Program-made: the position numbers and the translations under genes | Source of the DNA: Nitrospirales bacterium | Lineage (GTDB): Bacteria; Nitrospirota; Nitrospiria; Nitrospirales; UBA8639 | Assembly: GCA_965203295.1 (NCBI GenBank) | Contig: CBDBCZ010000019.1 | Location: forward strand, 640,001 to 704,000 | Length of the DNA: 64,000 nt | Reading direction: 5' to 3' | The notes under the pieces: generated by a model | What the model was told of the DNA's origin: nothing | The model's input: only the letters and a program-made list of their open reading frames with translations | Database searches by the model: none | In this document: positions 1 to 11,809 of the stretch, piece by piece | How positions within the stretch are numbered: position 1 is the first letter of the stretch | Layout: the number at the start of each line of letters is the position of its first letter

Positions 1-156
1 CCTGGCTCCTCGATGGTCGGAGAAGCACGGCACTGTGATGATCGTCGACTTTCTGACCGGGGAAGTGAAGGCCGCGTGGCGTCCGAAGAACACCCCGCAG
101 AGTTAATTGATCTCAAAGGGAGAAATGCAAAAGAAATCGTGACCAGATCACCACCA

Positions 157-218
157 TGACTGGTGGTGTGAGTAAGAAACTATTCACTGACTGGTGGTGT
201 GAGTAAGAAACTATTCAC
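157..218. repeat. Perfect 31-bp tandem duplication (TGACTGGTGGTGTGAGTAAGAAACTATTCAC x2)
   Basis: Units at 157-187 and 188-218 are identical. Confidence 0.95.
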
Positions 219-246
219 TAAATGATTCGAACCAAAGGAGGAAGTC

Positions 247-423
247 ATGTACGGATTAAAAGATTGGAAAGTCAGACAGTATGAACCGAATGGGGCCCTT
301 ACATTGGAAGAAACCCTCAACTGGTTGGAAGCCGATCGGTGGAACATCTTTAGTGTGGTGCCGAGCCAGCATGCGAAGGGGTTAGACATTGTGACCTATC
401 GCGACCAACCCATGCCCTATTAA
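247..423 (+). CDS. Small hypothetical protein (58 aa, MYGLKDWKVRQYEP...)
   Basis: Open frame ATG 247 to TAA 423, preceded by a strong SD (AAGGAGG); below the ORF-track cutoff. Confidence 0.5.
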   Translation: MYGLKDWKVRQYEPNGALTLEETLNWLEADRWNIFSVVPSQHAKGLDIVTYRDQPMPY

Positions 424-1022
424 TCAAAACGGATCAGGTGTCGGGATCCATTCCAATCGAGCTCGACATCTGACAAGGCGAAGGGTTCCCAGCCCGATGA
501 CCAGTTCCCCCTGACCAGCATAAGCACTTCAGCCTCCTACCTGTAAATCAGCATCAGCCACAGAGGAAATGAGTAGGGTAACCTATAGCCAGAAAGGTTG
601 TTGTCGACATGCACTTCGCCGTTGTCAGTCATCTATGAGGATGCTATCCTTCCTTGACCAAGTATTGGCAGGTAGGGGAGTAGATGGTAAGTTCATCGCA
701 CGCTCGACAATTGATGAGAATGGTGTTGGAGGGGGATAAAGGTCGAGAACAAGTCCTTAAGGAAGTGAGTGATCCACGTCGTCAGGTTGCTGAGCTCCAG
801 ATGGCTGACCAACCGTATAGCCAGACTCGGAATGACCTTCATCCAACAGGTAACACTTGCAAGAATGAATGATGGTATTCGAAACGAGAACGTCACAGTC
901 CACGTTTTGTGGTGGAGCCAATGTTTTTAATTCATTTTGGGCTATAGGTGTGCGAAACGACTGACGTTCCCTAGTTTCAAGTTTTGATTGGGTTGAGCAC
1001 CATCTTTTGAAAGAGTTGGGCT

Positions 1023-4000
1023 ATGCTCAAGGAGACGCTCCTCTTACCAACTAGTTACGATTCTTCCTTTGTAGCTCTCTCCATTGTCATTGCTATTCTT
1101 GCCTCGTACCTCGCTCTCGATTTGGCTAGACAGTTGACTGGGGCCCTTGGGGCTAGCCTTGTTGCGTGGCTGGTTGGAGGCGGCTTTGCCATGGGCACGG
1201 GCATTTGGTCAATGCATTTCATAGGGATGCTGGCATTTTCTTTGCCAATTCCGGTTCAGTATCACATTCCCGTCGTCGTTATTTCACACCTAGCCGCGGT
1301 TGCAGCTTCAGGCATCGCATTGTTTGTGGCGAGCAAATCTTCCCTAGGAATCAAGGCTTTAGTTCTCGGGAGCCTCTTAATGGGCCTTGGAATTACCATC
1401 ATGCATTATACAGGCATGGCTGCGATGCGCCTTCAAGCCACCATTCACTATAACCCTTGGTTGGTTATCCTCTCGGTGGCGATCGCAATTGGTGTGTCCT
1501 TTATAGGGTTACAGTTGACGTTTTCTCTCCGAGCTGAGAACACCGCAAAGAGGCTTATGAAGAAGCTGGGTGGAGCGGTCGTCATGGGAAGTGCCATTCC
1601 GCTCATGCATTACACTGGTATGGCAGCAGCTAGCTTTTTGCCCCATGACATAGTCGTGCCTGTTTCCGCTTTTGTTGTGGATATCTCCTTACTCGGAGGT
1701 TGGGCCATTGCCGTTGGAACCTTGATGATTTTAGGAATCACCTGGATGTCTGCGGTCGTTGATCGGCGGTTGACTGTTCAGACCAGAAAGATTCATCAAA
1801 CCAATGAACAACTCAAGCAAGAAATTGCTCAGCGACAGCATGTCGAGGAATCCCTTCAACACAATGAAATTCTAATCAAGAAACATCATGCAGCACTTTT
1901 AGAATTAGCCACCTGTAAGACCATTCAGATGGAGCGGCAGGAAAACGCCTTTGCCAAAATCGCCGAGGTCAGCTCAAAAAACTTGGAAATCGAGCGGACT
2001 GGGATTTGGTTGTTCAATGAGGACCATTCTAGCCTCAGATGTGCAGAGTTATTCGAGCAAAGCAAAGGGAACCATTCGGCCGGAATCGAACTCTCGGTGA
2101 CCAGATACCCTCGATACTTTCAATATCTGGAAGATGCTCAATTGATTGATACCTCTGATGCAAGAAATGACCCTCGTACCAGTGAATTTTGTGAGACGTA
2201 TTGCGCGCCGTTAAACATCAGCTCAATGTTGGATGTTCCAATCCGCATGGGAGGACAGATTGTGGGTGTCGTCTGTCATGAGCAAGTGGGACCAAGGCGC
2301 CAATGGAATTTGGAAGAGATTCATTTTGCTGGGTCCATTGCCAATTTTGTCTCGCTCGCCTTAGAAGCAAAGGAGCGACAGTGGATGGAAGAAGCGCTTC
2401 ACGAGAGTGAAGAAAGCACCCGTCTGATCGTGGACAATGCCCTGGATGCGGTCATCACGATGGATGTGAATGGCAAGATTACAGGTTGGAACCTTCAGGC
2501 TGAAGCGATTTTTGGCTGGTCTCACGAAGAAGTCATCGGGAAGGAACTGGCTTCAACGATTGTGCCTCTGCAATATCGCGAGGCTCATAGGAAAGGACTA
2601 CAGCACTTCTTGAAGAGGGGCGAGGCAGCCATGCTCAAAAAGAGAATCGAAATTTCGGCTCTGCACCGAAATGGGCAAGAGTTTCCTATAGAGATCACGG
2701 TCTCTCCTCTCTACGTCCGTGGTACGATCACATTCAGTGCCTTTGTCCGCGACATTACGGCACGCAAGGCAGCAGAGGCGGCTATCAAGAGTGTTGCCAA
2801 ATTCCCTGATGAAAATCCAAATCCCGCTCTCCGTCTAGCCAGTGATGGAACCATCCTGTATGCGAATGGGGCCAGCCAACCATTATTAGAGGTCTGGCAT
2901 ACCCAGGAAGGTCGTTTGGCTCCTTTCTCAATCTGCCAGGTTGTTCGCGAAGCCTTGGCGATATACTCCAGTAAGGAATTTGAAGTGGAGAGTGACAATA
3001 ACGTCTGTTCTCTCATCTTTGCGCCCATTAAAGATGGGGGTTATGTCAACGTGTACGGAAGAGACGTCACCCAGCGCAAACAAGCTGAGCAGGAATTGCG
3101 CAAGGCTAAGGAATCAGCGGAATTAGCCAATCGAGCGAAGAGTGAGTTTCTAGCTACGATGAGTCACGAGCTTCGGACCCCGTTGACCGGAATCCTTGGG
3201 TATGCCCAACTTATGAAAAGGGAGGAAGGGATTGCCCCCAAAGAGCAAAATGCTGTCTCGATTATCCAAAGTTCTGCTGAACACCTAGCTCGAATCGAGG
3301 CCGGAAGCATCAAGATTCATGCTGAACATTTCGATCTCCCCAAATTGTTACAGACACTCGTCAATATTATGCGCGGCCGAGCGGAAGATAAAGGACTCTC
3401 TTTTACGTACGAGTGCCTCTCAATGATTCCACGTATTGTCTTGGGTGATGCGAGGCGACTGCGACAAGTGCTGATCAACTTGCTGGACAATGCCATCAAA
3501 TATACACACGAAGGGGGGATCGTCTTAAAGGTTGGCTATCATGAAGAGCGGCTCCGTTTTCTCGTCGAAGATACGGGAATTGGGATCAAATCAGAGCATC
3601 TGGAAGCCATCTTCCAGTCGTTTCAACAAGTGCACGATTCGAAAGTGATGGCGGAAGGAACAGGGTTGGGGTTGGCAATTTGCCAGAAACTCGTCACCCT
3701 CATGGGGGGGACCATTCAGGTCACGAGTAGACCGGATGAAGGGAGTCGGTTCTGGTTTGACTTGGGTCTTCCTGAGTCATCAGGACGAGAGTCTGAAGAA
3801 CACCTTGCGGAGCGAAAGATCATCGAGGTAAAGGGTGTCAAGAAACGAGTACTGGTTGTTGACGATCAGCTAGACAATCGAATGTTTCTGTATGACTTGT
3901 TGGCCCCGTTGGGTTTTGAGGTGATCGAGGCTATAGACGGAGAAGACTGTTTGCAACGAGCGATGGCTGTCACGCCTGATGCGATCTTGATGGACCTTCG

Positions 4001-4481
4001 AATGCCGAAAATGCATGGTTTTGAAGCAACCCGCAGGATTCGCCATACCAAAGGCCTCGAAGACGTGGTCATTATCGCCATATCAGCAAGTTCTTTCGAG
4101 CATAACCGAGAGGAATGTCTCAAGGCAGGAACAAACGGGTTTCTCTCCAAACCATTTCGTATTAATAAATTGTTAGAACTTCTACGTGACCATCTCAATG
4201 TGGAATTAATTTATGAAGATTACCCTGGCGAAAAGACCCGTTCATTACTGCAAGAAGCCCATGACCATTCAGCTATCATTCCCCCTCCGAACGAAACCCT
4301 GGAGCTCCTCACAGATATGGCGATGCGCGGGAATGTGAAGTAACTTCTTAAGCAAGCAGATCGTCTTGAACAGAGTGATGCCCAGTTTGCGCCGTTCGTG
4401 GCTGAATTGCGGACCTTGTCCAAAGGATTTCATATTAAGAGACTTTGCCAATTTCTGAATGAGGTGAAGGGTCCGTCATGA
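1023..4481 (+). pseudogene. Hybrid sensor histidine kinase (MHYT-GAF-PAS-HisKA-HATPase-REC), damaged
   Basis: MHFIGM/MHYTGM repeats, H-box SHELRTPL, G-boxes and a REC domain. HisKA helix 2 lacks the usual LINDILDL segment ([11 protein letters not shown]). In-frame TAA at 4341-4343 is followed by 45 more open codons ending in an ATGA overlap with the next gene. Confidence 0.8.
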
Positions 4482-5813
4482 ATTCTGAGTGGAGTCGAAA
4501 GCCAATTGTCTTAATGGTAGACGATACCCCCGCCAACCTCGGGGTGTTGTCGGATCTCTTGGGAAATGAGGTTTACGAAGTGTTAGTTGCAGAAGACGGT
4601 GAGAGTGCGCTGCAGCGTGCCAGCTATGCGCGCCCTGATCCGATTTTGTTGGATGTTCTCATGCCTGAACTGGATGGGTTTGCCCCCTGTCGACAGCTCA
4701 AGGAGCGACTTGAGACTCAAGACATACCTGTCATTTTCATGACAGCTCTCTCTGATACATCAAACAAAGTGATGGGATTTGAGCTGGGAGCTGTGGATTA
4801 CATCACGAAACCTTTCCAGCAGGAAGAGGTGTATGCTCGAGTCAGTACGCATCTGAAGCTTTTGCACGTCCAGCGCAAACTCCAAGAGCAGAATCACAAA
4901 CTCCAAGAGGAGATCGAAGCTCATAAACGGACACAGGCTACGGTGCTCTACTTGGATGCTGAACTCAAATCGTCCCAGGATTTTGGAGACATCATTGGGC
5001 AGAGTCAGGCACTTCAAGAGATTCTGAATCAGATTGCACAAATGGCAGAGACCGACTGTACGGCTCTGATTATGGGCGAAACAGGAACCGGCAAAGAACT
5101 GATTGCCCGCGCAATCCATGAGAGAAGCCATCGCCATGACAAACCCTTAATTAAAGTCAACTGCGCCACGATTCCCAAGGATTTATTCGAAAGTGAATTT
5201 TTTGGGCATGAAAAGGGGGCCTTTACGGGGGCCACCGCGAAACGGATCGGCCGGTTTGAGTTAGCGAACGGTGGTATGTTGTTTTTAGATGAAGCCGGTG
5301 AATTGCCATTGGATATTCAAGCGAAGCTCTTGCGCGTCTTGCAGGAAGGTGAATTCGAACGCGTGGGCGCGACTACTACACAGAAAGTTGATGTGCGCAT
5401 TATCGCCGCGACCAATTTTAATACAGCATTTCCTGAAGAAATACGCGGACAAATACGGTAAGACGATTCAGAGTATCAGTGAACCATTCATGCAGCATCT
5501 TTGCGAGTACCCTTGGCCTGGTAATATTCGGGAACTGGAGAATGTAATTGAACGGGCGGTCATTACTTCTAAAGGAAAAGAGCTTCATATGGAAGAGTGG
5601 CTCCACAAACCTACAACCGCTCCCCATTCATCGGTTTCTTCAGACTCAAAGATCCAAACCATCGAAGAGATCGAGCGAGCGCATATCCTTCATGTGCTAG
5701 AAACAACAAATTGGCGCGTGAGTGGAGATCAAGGTGCTGCCCAGCTCCTTGGCTTCAACCGCACAACCTTTGAGGCGCGCATGAAAAAGCTTGGAATATC
5801 GCGAAAAAAATGA
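4478..5813 (+). pseudogene. Sigma54-dependent response regulator (REC-AAA+-HTH, NtrC/Fis family), internal deletion plus frameshift near 5418
   Basis: [14 protein letters not shown] and IIAATN, then a jump to LIQHFL...YPWPGNIRELEN in another frame; the conserved FRxDLYYRL...PPLRER segment is missing. Confidence 0.85.
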
Positions 5814-5993
5814 GGCATGCTCTAATAATGACGATACCATGATTAGGGTATGGCTTTCCTTCCCGTGGCTATGAAGATAGAAGCTTCGCATCATCCGCCT
5901 CGATCAATCCACGCCGAATCGGCACGACTCGATTCCTCACGAACCGCTGGACAGATTGATCTTCAAACGCTCTAAATTCCTGTGGGTTCTATA

Positions 5994-6035
5994 GTGAACG
6001 CGTTAAGTTAATGCGTTCACGTTTTCAAGTTAACG
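5994..6035. promoter_or_regulatory. Putative enhancer (UAS): palindrome GTGAACGCGTTAA-G-TTAATGCGTTCAC plus a GTTAACG site
   Basis: 13-bp arms with one mismatch, centred ~119 bp upstream of a sigma54 -24 element. Confidence 0.6.
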
Positions 6036-6124
6036 CCTCAAATTTACCTTCCATCTTCTAGAATAGTATCCATTCAAGCCATTGATTTTAAAGTTTTTTT
6101 TAAATAATTCGTTAATGTAAATTC

Positions 6125-6140
6125 TGGCATTTTGTTTGCA
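6125..6140 (+). promoter_or_regulatory. Sigma54 (-24/-12) promoter TGGCATTTTGTTTGCA
   Basis: GG-N10-GC with TGGCA/TTGC consensus, upstream of the operon and next to a sigma54 activator gene. Confidence 0.8.
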
Positions 6141-6183
6141 TTTGTTTAGGGAAGACATTAATTCTTAACTTGGAGGTGAACAA

Positions 6184-6396
6184 ATGGTCAGAAACGTGGG
6201 AAGCACAGAAAAGATAGTTCGATTAGGACTAGATGGATTGCTTGTATTGGCGGCTTTTCTACTTGAACTACCGGCCTGGGGCACGGTTCTCCTCAGCGCA
6301 GTGGGGATAGTGGCCCTCGTGACAGGGGCAGTTGGATATTGTCCAGCTTGGATCTTGTTGGGAATCAACTCCTTTTCTTTAAGGGACAAAGCCTAA
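6184..6396 (+). CDS. DUF2892 (YgaP-like) small membrane protein
   Basis: N-terminal NVG..E..R, two TM helices, GYCP motif; SD GGAGG. Confidence 0.85.
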   Translation: MVRNVGSTEKIVRLGLDGLLVLAAFLLELPAWGTVLLSAVGIVALVTGAVGYCPAWILLGINSFSLRDKA

Positions 6397-6485
6397 ACAC
6401 GAATATTGCGTGGTTGCAGTCTCGAGAAGCGCAAATGTGGTTTCCAAAGAGTTCTTGGTAGATCTTCTAGATAAAGGAGGGAAAT

Positions 6486-7907
6486 GTGATTCTCAAACAA
6501 TTCTATCTCGGGTGCCTTGCGCATGCTTCTTATCTCATTGGAGATGAGGAAACCAAAATTGCCTTGGTTGTTGACCCGCAGCGAGACGTTGATCAATACG
6601 TCAAAGAAGCAGAATCTCAAGGATGGCAGATTCGCTACGTGTTTTTGACCCATTTTCATGCTGACTTTCTGGCAGGACATCTGGAACTACGAGATCGCAC
6701 AGGAGCGGAAATTTGTTTGGGTGCAAGGGCCCAAGCCGAGTTCCCTTTTAGACCTTTAAAGGATGGAGAGACGATCACGTTTGGAAAAGTGCGGATAGAA
6801 GTTAGGGAAACCCCCGGCCATACACCTGAAGATATTTCCATCGTTGCATACGACCTTGGTAAAAGTTCTTCAAAGCCCCAGGTCGTGTTGACAGGGGATA
6901 CTCTGTTTATTGGAGATGTGGGACGACCTGATCTGATGGCTTCAGTTGGGGTGAGCGCTACAGAATTGGCTGGTGAGTTGTATGACTCCTTGCATCAGAA
7001 ACTCCTCACACTGCCCAATGAAACTTTGGTGTATCCTGCCCATGGAGCTGGATCCATGTGTGGAAAAAATTTAAGCGCTGATATCATTTCAACCATTGGG
7101 ACTCAGCGATGGTACAACTATGCACTACAACCTATGAGTAAGGAGCAGTTTATTGAATTAGTGACTGCCAACCAACCCGAGGCCCCTCAATATTTCCGAT
7201 ATGATGCTATGCTGAATCGAAAGGAACATCAGACCTTGGAAAAGGCTATCCAGGAAGAATTGAAGCCGCTATCACTCGCTCAGGTTCTTGAATTTCAGAA
7301 AAGTGGTGTCCAGGTACTTGACGTCCGCGACCCCGCTGATTTTGCCGGAGGCCATATGGCATCAAGTGTCAACATCGGATTAGGCGGAAAATTTGCCACA
7401 TGGGCAGGAATCATTTTGAGCCAAAAGACTTCCCTAATCGTGTTAGCTGAGCCTGGACGAGAGCAAGAAGCGATCTTGCGGCTTGGGAGAATCGGTTTTG
7501 ACCATGTTGTTGGCTATCTCGATGGCGGCATGCAGGCCCTGGTAAATAGGCCTGAACTGATCAAAAGAACTGGACGAATAACAGCAGCGGCCTTGGCGGA
7601 ACAGTTAAGTGGTTCCAATCCCCCATGTGTTTTGGATGTCAGGGCCGAAGGAGAATGGCTTGACGGGAAAATTGCCCAAAGTCTGAATATCCCACTCCCT
7701 CATTTGATAGAACGAATCAACGAACTACCATTTGATCAAACACTGGTCATCCACTGTGCGAACGGATACCGATCCTCTATCGCCGTGGGTCTCTTGGAGA
7801 AGGCAGGTATGGCAAACGTCATGGATCTCGTGGGTGGTTTTGAGGCCTGGGAGGCGACATGGGGGATCAAAAAACAACGTCCAGTGAGTGCATGTTCATC
7901 GAAGTAA
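6486..7907 (+). CDS. MBL-fold hydrolase/persulfide dioxygenase-like protein fused to two rhodanese domains
   Basis: THFHADF, PGHT, GDTLF..DVGRPDL, PAHGAGS motifs; C-terminal rhodanese HCANGYRS. Confidence 0.9.
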   Translation: MILKQFYLGCLAHASYLIGDEETKIALVVDPQRDVDQYVKEAESQGWQIRYVFLTHFHADFLAGHLELRDRTGAEICLGARAQAEFPFRPLKDGETITFGKVRIEVRETPGHTPEDISIVAYDLGKSSSKPQVVLTGDTLFIGDVGRPDLMASVGVSATELAGELYDSLHQKLLTLPNETLVYPAHGAGSMCGKNLSADIISTIGTQRWYNYALQPMSKEQFIELVTANQPEAPQYFRYDAMLNRKEHQTLEKAIQEELKPLSLAQVLEFQKSGVQVLDVRDPADFAGGHMASSVNIGLGGKFATWAGIILSQKTSLIVLAEPGREQEAILRLGRIGFDHVVGYLDGGMQALVNRPELIKRTGRITAAALAEQLSGSNPPCVLDVRAEGEWLDGKIAQSLNIPLPHLIERINELPFDQTLVIHCANGYRSSIAVGLLEKAGMANVMDLVGGFEAWEATWGIKKQRPVSACSSK

Positions 7908-7922
7908 GAACCTTAAGAACTT

Positions 7923-8537
7923 ATGGGAGATCATGATATGGAGAAGATTTTGTCCAAGCGAGAGACCGATTATCCTTGGATTCGAAGTCACGATATTGTA
8001 GACCCACAAGGCCCTCAAGCCGGAATGTTGCTCGTCGATATTCGAACACCTGGTGAATTTGAAGAATCGCATATTCCAAATTCAAAGAATGTTCCTCTGG
8101 CAGATTTAGAACAGGCTCTTCCACACTTAAAATCAACAATAGAAAACAAGCCGGTTGTTTTGGTGTGTCGGACACAAAATCGTGTGAAAGTGGTCTACAA
8201 TCAGATGGTCAAAGCTGGCCTCACCAATTGCCAAATTTTGGAGGGTGGCATGACAGCTTGGGTGGCTGCAGGGCATCCGGTTGTTCGTGGGGAAAAGGGG
8301 GTGTCACTCGAACGTCAAGTGTGAATTGTCGTCGGAATACTTGTTATCGCTGGAGTGGGACTAGGTGTAACCGTAAGTCATTGGTTCCTTCTCTTACCTG
8401 CTTTAGCAGGCGCAGGTCTCTTTTACGCCGGTTTGACAGATTCGTGCTTGATGGGAATGTGGCTTGGAAAGCTGCCATATAACCGAGTTGATAAAAATCT
8501 GACAAGTCGTGAGCATCAAGAGAAGCCAGAACCATAG
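7923..8537 (+). pseudogene. Rhodanese-DUF2892 (YgaP-like) membrane sulfurtransferase with in-frame TGA at 8322-8324
   Basis: Rhodanese domain, then SLERQV*IVVG...GLTDSCLMG in the same frame (probably CGA>TGA). Confidence 0.85.
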
Positions 8538-8692
8538 CTGCCGTGAGATAGTTTAGCTAAAAACCGTCAATCAAATTGGTAGCGGATGATTTCCCGAGAG
8601 TGGTAGGATGTGAAGGGTCAAGGTTCTTGTGACTCATTTCATACTATGGTTCCTCATTACTAACTCACTCCATCATAAAATAAGGAGGGTGC

Positions 8693-9301
8693 ATGATGCG
8701 AAGGTCAATTCGAAATGTAGGGTTGATTGCCACGATGATTCTTATCATCATCGGGTTTATGACGGCTCAATCCTTTGGTTTGGAGTATTATCCTATGGGA
8801 GGAAAGGCTAGTAGCAGCGGGGGAGGAAGTTCAACCGCCAGTAGTTCAAGAGGAAGTAGCAGCTCTGGTGGAGGCAGTCCTGCAGATGGATACAATATTC
8901 ATGTGCAGGCACCTCATTTGATGCCCGATGGGACCCCAGGCGGCCCATTCCACCACTACTGCAAGGGAATATCCGACAAGATTTTGCAATGTCTGTTGTT
9001 TGAAACAACAGCACCAAATGCCCCTCTGGTCGCAATCGAGTATTTCGTCGCAAAGGATTTATCACGGAAACTTCCGTTGATTCAGTGGCATCGATACTTC
9101 CATGATCATAAACAGGAAATTGCAACTGGCCGTGTGCAAATCTTGGATATTGAAGATCAAAATAAAGTCAAAGCTATAGCCGAGGCAGCTGCAAAGACTG
9201 ATGGAGTCATCTATCATCTGTGGCAGAAAGGGAAAGAATTTCCCGATGGGACAGTGATTTTTCCGCAGTCACTGGGACATATCTTTAACCAGCCTGAGTA
9301 A
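8693..9301 (+). CDS. Exported DUF1264/OBAP-family protein with a Ser/Gly-rich linker
   Basis: HHYCK, QCLLF, IEY and HDH motifs; signal peptide. Confidence 0.75.
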   Translation: MMRRSIRNVGLIATMILIIIGFMTAQSFGLEYYPMGGKASSSGGGSSTASSSRGSSSSGGGSPADGYNIHVQAPHLMPDGTPGGPFHHYCKGISDKILQCLLFETTAPNAPLVAIEYFVAKDLSRKLPLIQWHRYFHDHKQEIATGRVQILDIEDQNKVKAIAEAAAKTDGVIYHLWQKGKEFPDGTVIFPQSLGHIFNQPE

Positions 9302-9310
9302 TCCGACCAC

Positions 9311-9343
9311 CAAAAAAGGGGGGGCCTTGGAGGTCCCCCCTTC
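9311..9343 (+). terminator. Probable intrinsic terminator hairpin
   Basis: G-run/C-run stem just after the 9301 stop. Confidence 0.5.
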
Positions 9344-9388
9344 CACTCTTAATAGTTAGGTAATCCTTGAAAATGGAGGTAAAGTGCC

Positions 9389-9817
9389 GTGTGGCGAATT
9401 CTTGGAGGTGCGATCGTCGGGTTTTTTATTTGTGGCGTAACCTTTGCTGCTGATCCAGAGGTGCTTCGTCCTCGGGTTCCAGCAGATCAAATTGAAGCGG
9501 CTCGTGCGATGGAAAATCCACTGCCCGCGACTCCAGAGTTTATCGAAAAAGGCAAGATCCTGTTTCACGGTAAGGGCTTTTGCGTGACCTGCCATGGAAG
9601 AGATGGAAAAGGGCTAGGCAATATTCCAGGTCTCAAGGGCAAGCTGCCTCGAAATTTTACGGATACAGCCTGGCAAACAGCTCGTACTGATGGGGAATTG
9701 TATTGGATCTTACAGAATGGAAGTCCTGCTACGGATATGGCACCCTTTATCCCGTTAGTTCTTTCCCCAGAAGAAGCCTGGGAAGTTGTTCTCTACGTCC
9801 GATCCTTCGGGAAATAG
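9389..9817 (+). CDS. Monoheme cytochrome c
   Basis: Signal peptide, CVTCH, distal Met. Confidence 0.9.
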   Translation: MWRILGGAIVGFFICGVTFAADPEVLRPRVPADQIEAARAMENPLPATPEFIEKGKILFHGKGFCVTCHGRDGKGLGNIPGLKGKLPRNFTDTAWQTARTDGELYWILQNGSPATDMAPFIPLVLSPEEAWEVVLYVRSFGK

Positions 9818-9915
9818 TAAGCAGAGCTGGTCAAGTAGGGAACAGAGAGGCAACCTTTCGTTTCGAAAAGCCACAGGACCAGACTTGTTCTGTTTAAAGT
9901 TAGAGGAAAAAGGGT

Positions 9916-11586
9916 ATGGCGAATCTAAGAATAATCATCATTGGTGGTGTGGCTGGAGGGGCCAGCGCAGCCACAAAAGCCCGCCGTACGAACGAACAAG
10001 CCGAAATCACTATCTTTGAAAAAGGACCATTCGTGTCCTTCGCTAACTGTGGGTTGCCGTATTATGTGGGTGATGTCATTTCAGACCGCTATGACCTCCT
10101 CCTCCAAACCCCGAAAAACTTTTGGCGACGGTTTCGTATAGCCGTGAAAGTTCGGCACGAGGTTTTAAAGATCAACCGCATTGAGAAATGTGTTGATGTA
10201 AAAAATTTAGAAACCGAAGAGGTCTTCACCCAACCATATGATAAGCTGATCCTTGCTCCAGGTGCCGGAGCCATTGTGCCAAACCTACCAGGAATTCACG
10301 CAAACAACATCTTCACAGTGAAAACCGTTCCTGATTCGGATGCCATAAAGACGTATCTCGGTAGGCCTGGGCTTAAAAATGCGTTGGTGATTGGTGGCGG
10401 ATTTATTGGACTTGAAACGGCTGAAGCGTTAAAGAATCGAGGGATGGACGTCACTGTCGTGGAGCAAGCCCCACAAATCTTACCTGCATTCGATGTTGAT
10501 ATGGCGACTCTCGTAGCCAACCACTTGCAAGAGAAAGGGATGAAGCCTGTCGCAGGTGATGGCATTCAGGCGTTTCTTGAAAAAAACGGAAGTGCTTTCC
10601 AAGCTCAACTAGAAAGCGGAAGGTGTTTGTCGATGGATTTGGCCATTTTATCCATTGGGGTGAGGCCGGAGCTAAAACTTGCCCGTGAGGTTGGGCTTCA
10701 AATAGGAGATGCCGGTGGAATCGCGGTAAATGATCGTCAACAAACATCTGATTCAGAAATCTATGCGGCGGGTGATGCTGTTGAAACAAAGCATCTTGTA
10801 ACAGGGAAGCCCAGCCGCATTCCATTAGCTGGACCAGCCAACAAACAGGGACGTGTCGCTGGGGCAAATGCCGCTAGAGGCCATCTGCGTTTTCCTGGTG
10901 CTTTAGGTACGGCCATTGTCGAGACGATGGGAATTACTGCAGGCAAAACGGGATTGTCAGAATTTGAAGCTATGACCCATGGGTATGACTATTTCGTTTC
11001 CGTCATCCATCCTCTTGATCATGCGGGTTATTATCCAGGAGCTGAACCGCTTCATATGAAACTCATTGTCGAGGAGGTGACAGGAAGGTTGCTCGGGGCA
11101 CAAATTATTGGAGAGCAAGGTGTTGACAAACGTATAGACGTCCTTGCGACGGCATTAACAGGAGGGATGGGAGTTGAAGATTTAGAACATTTAGATTTGG
11201 CCTATGCTCCTCAATTCAATTCGGCTAAAGGCCCAGTGGTTATGGCTGGTTTTGTTGCTGCGAATACCTTACGAGGAGAGATCAACACAATAACGAGTAA
11301 AGAATTACAAAGTAGACTTGCATCTAATGAGGATATTCAACTTTTGGATGTCCGCACTTCTGATGAGTATCACCAACAACATATCCCGCATGCGCGTCTG
11401 GTTCTCATCGATGAGTTCCGGGAACATATTCAGGAATTAGATCCAAACAAAGAAACAGTTATGTACTGCCGAGTTGGATTACGAGGGTACCTTGCCTGCC
11501 GAATTTTGCTTCAACATGGGTTTCCTTACGTTTCTAATCTAACGGGAGGTATCCTCAGTTATCCTGAATCGAAACCCAACAGTTAA
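9916..11586 (+). CDS. CoA-disulfide/persulfide reductase with C-terminal rhodanese domain (CoADR-RHD/Npsr type)
   Basis: GGVAGG FAD motif, SFANCGLPY, GGGFIG, YAPQF, rhodanese YCRVGLRG. Confidence 0.9.
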   Translation: MANLRIIIIGGVAGGASAATKARRTNEQAEITIFEKGPFVSFANCGLPYYVGDVISDRYDLLLQTPKNFWRRFRIAVKVRHEVLKINRIEKCVDVKNLETEEVFTQPYDKLILAPGAGAIVPNLPGIHANNIFTVKTVPDSDAIKTYLGRPGLKNALVIGGGFIGLETAEALKNRGMDVTVVEQAPQILPAFDVDMATLVANHLQEKGMKPVAGDGIQAFLEKNGSAFQAQLESGRCLSMDLAILSIGVRPELKLAREVGLQIGDAGGIAVNDRQQTSDSEIYAAGDAVETKHLVTGKPSRIPLAGPANKQGRVAGANAARGHLRFPGALGTAIVETMGITAGKTGLSEFEAMTHGYDYFVSVIHPLDHAGYYPGAEPLHMKLIVEEVTGRLLGAQIIGEQGVDKRIDVLATALTGGMGVEDLEHLDLAYAPQFNSAKGPVVMAGFVAANTLRGEINTITSKELQSRLASNEDIQLLDVRTSDEYHQQHIPHARLVLIDEFREHIQELDPNKETVMYCRVGLRGYLACRILLQHGFPYVSNLTGGILSYPESKPNS

Positions 11587-11809
11587 GGCAGAGTCTTATC
11601 CTTGTTTCTGCTATAGGAGTATCAAATAGGGGATGGATATGTGGCTGGTATCAATTCTGATGTAGACAGGGAATATGAGAAATACTCCTTGGGTTGAGCA
11701 TTTGGGAATTGAAGGATATGTGAAAGACATTTGACTTAAAAGGCCTCCGGCCTGGCGTGCCAAGAGTTTAAAGGGGGGCCTTTTCAAATGAGAAATCATG
11801 GAAGGGAAA

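Noticed and set aside
157..218. CRISPR array
   Set aside because: Two directly adjacent 31-bp copies with no spacer and no cas genes.
684..896. Short overlapping ORFs upstream of the kinase
   Set aside because: No recognisable motifs; not enough support.
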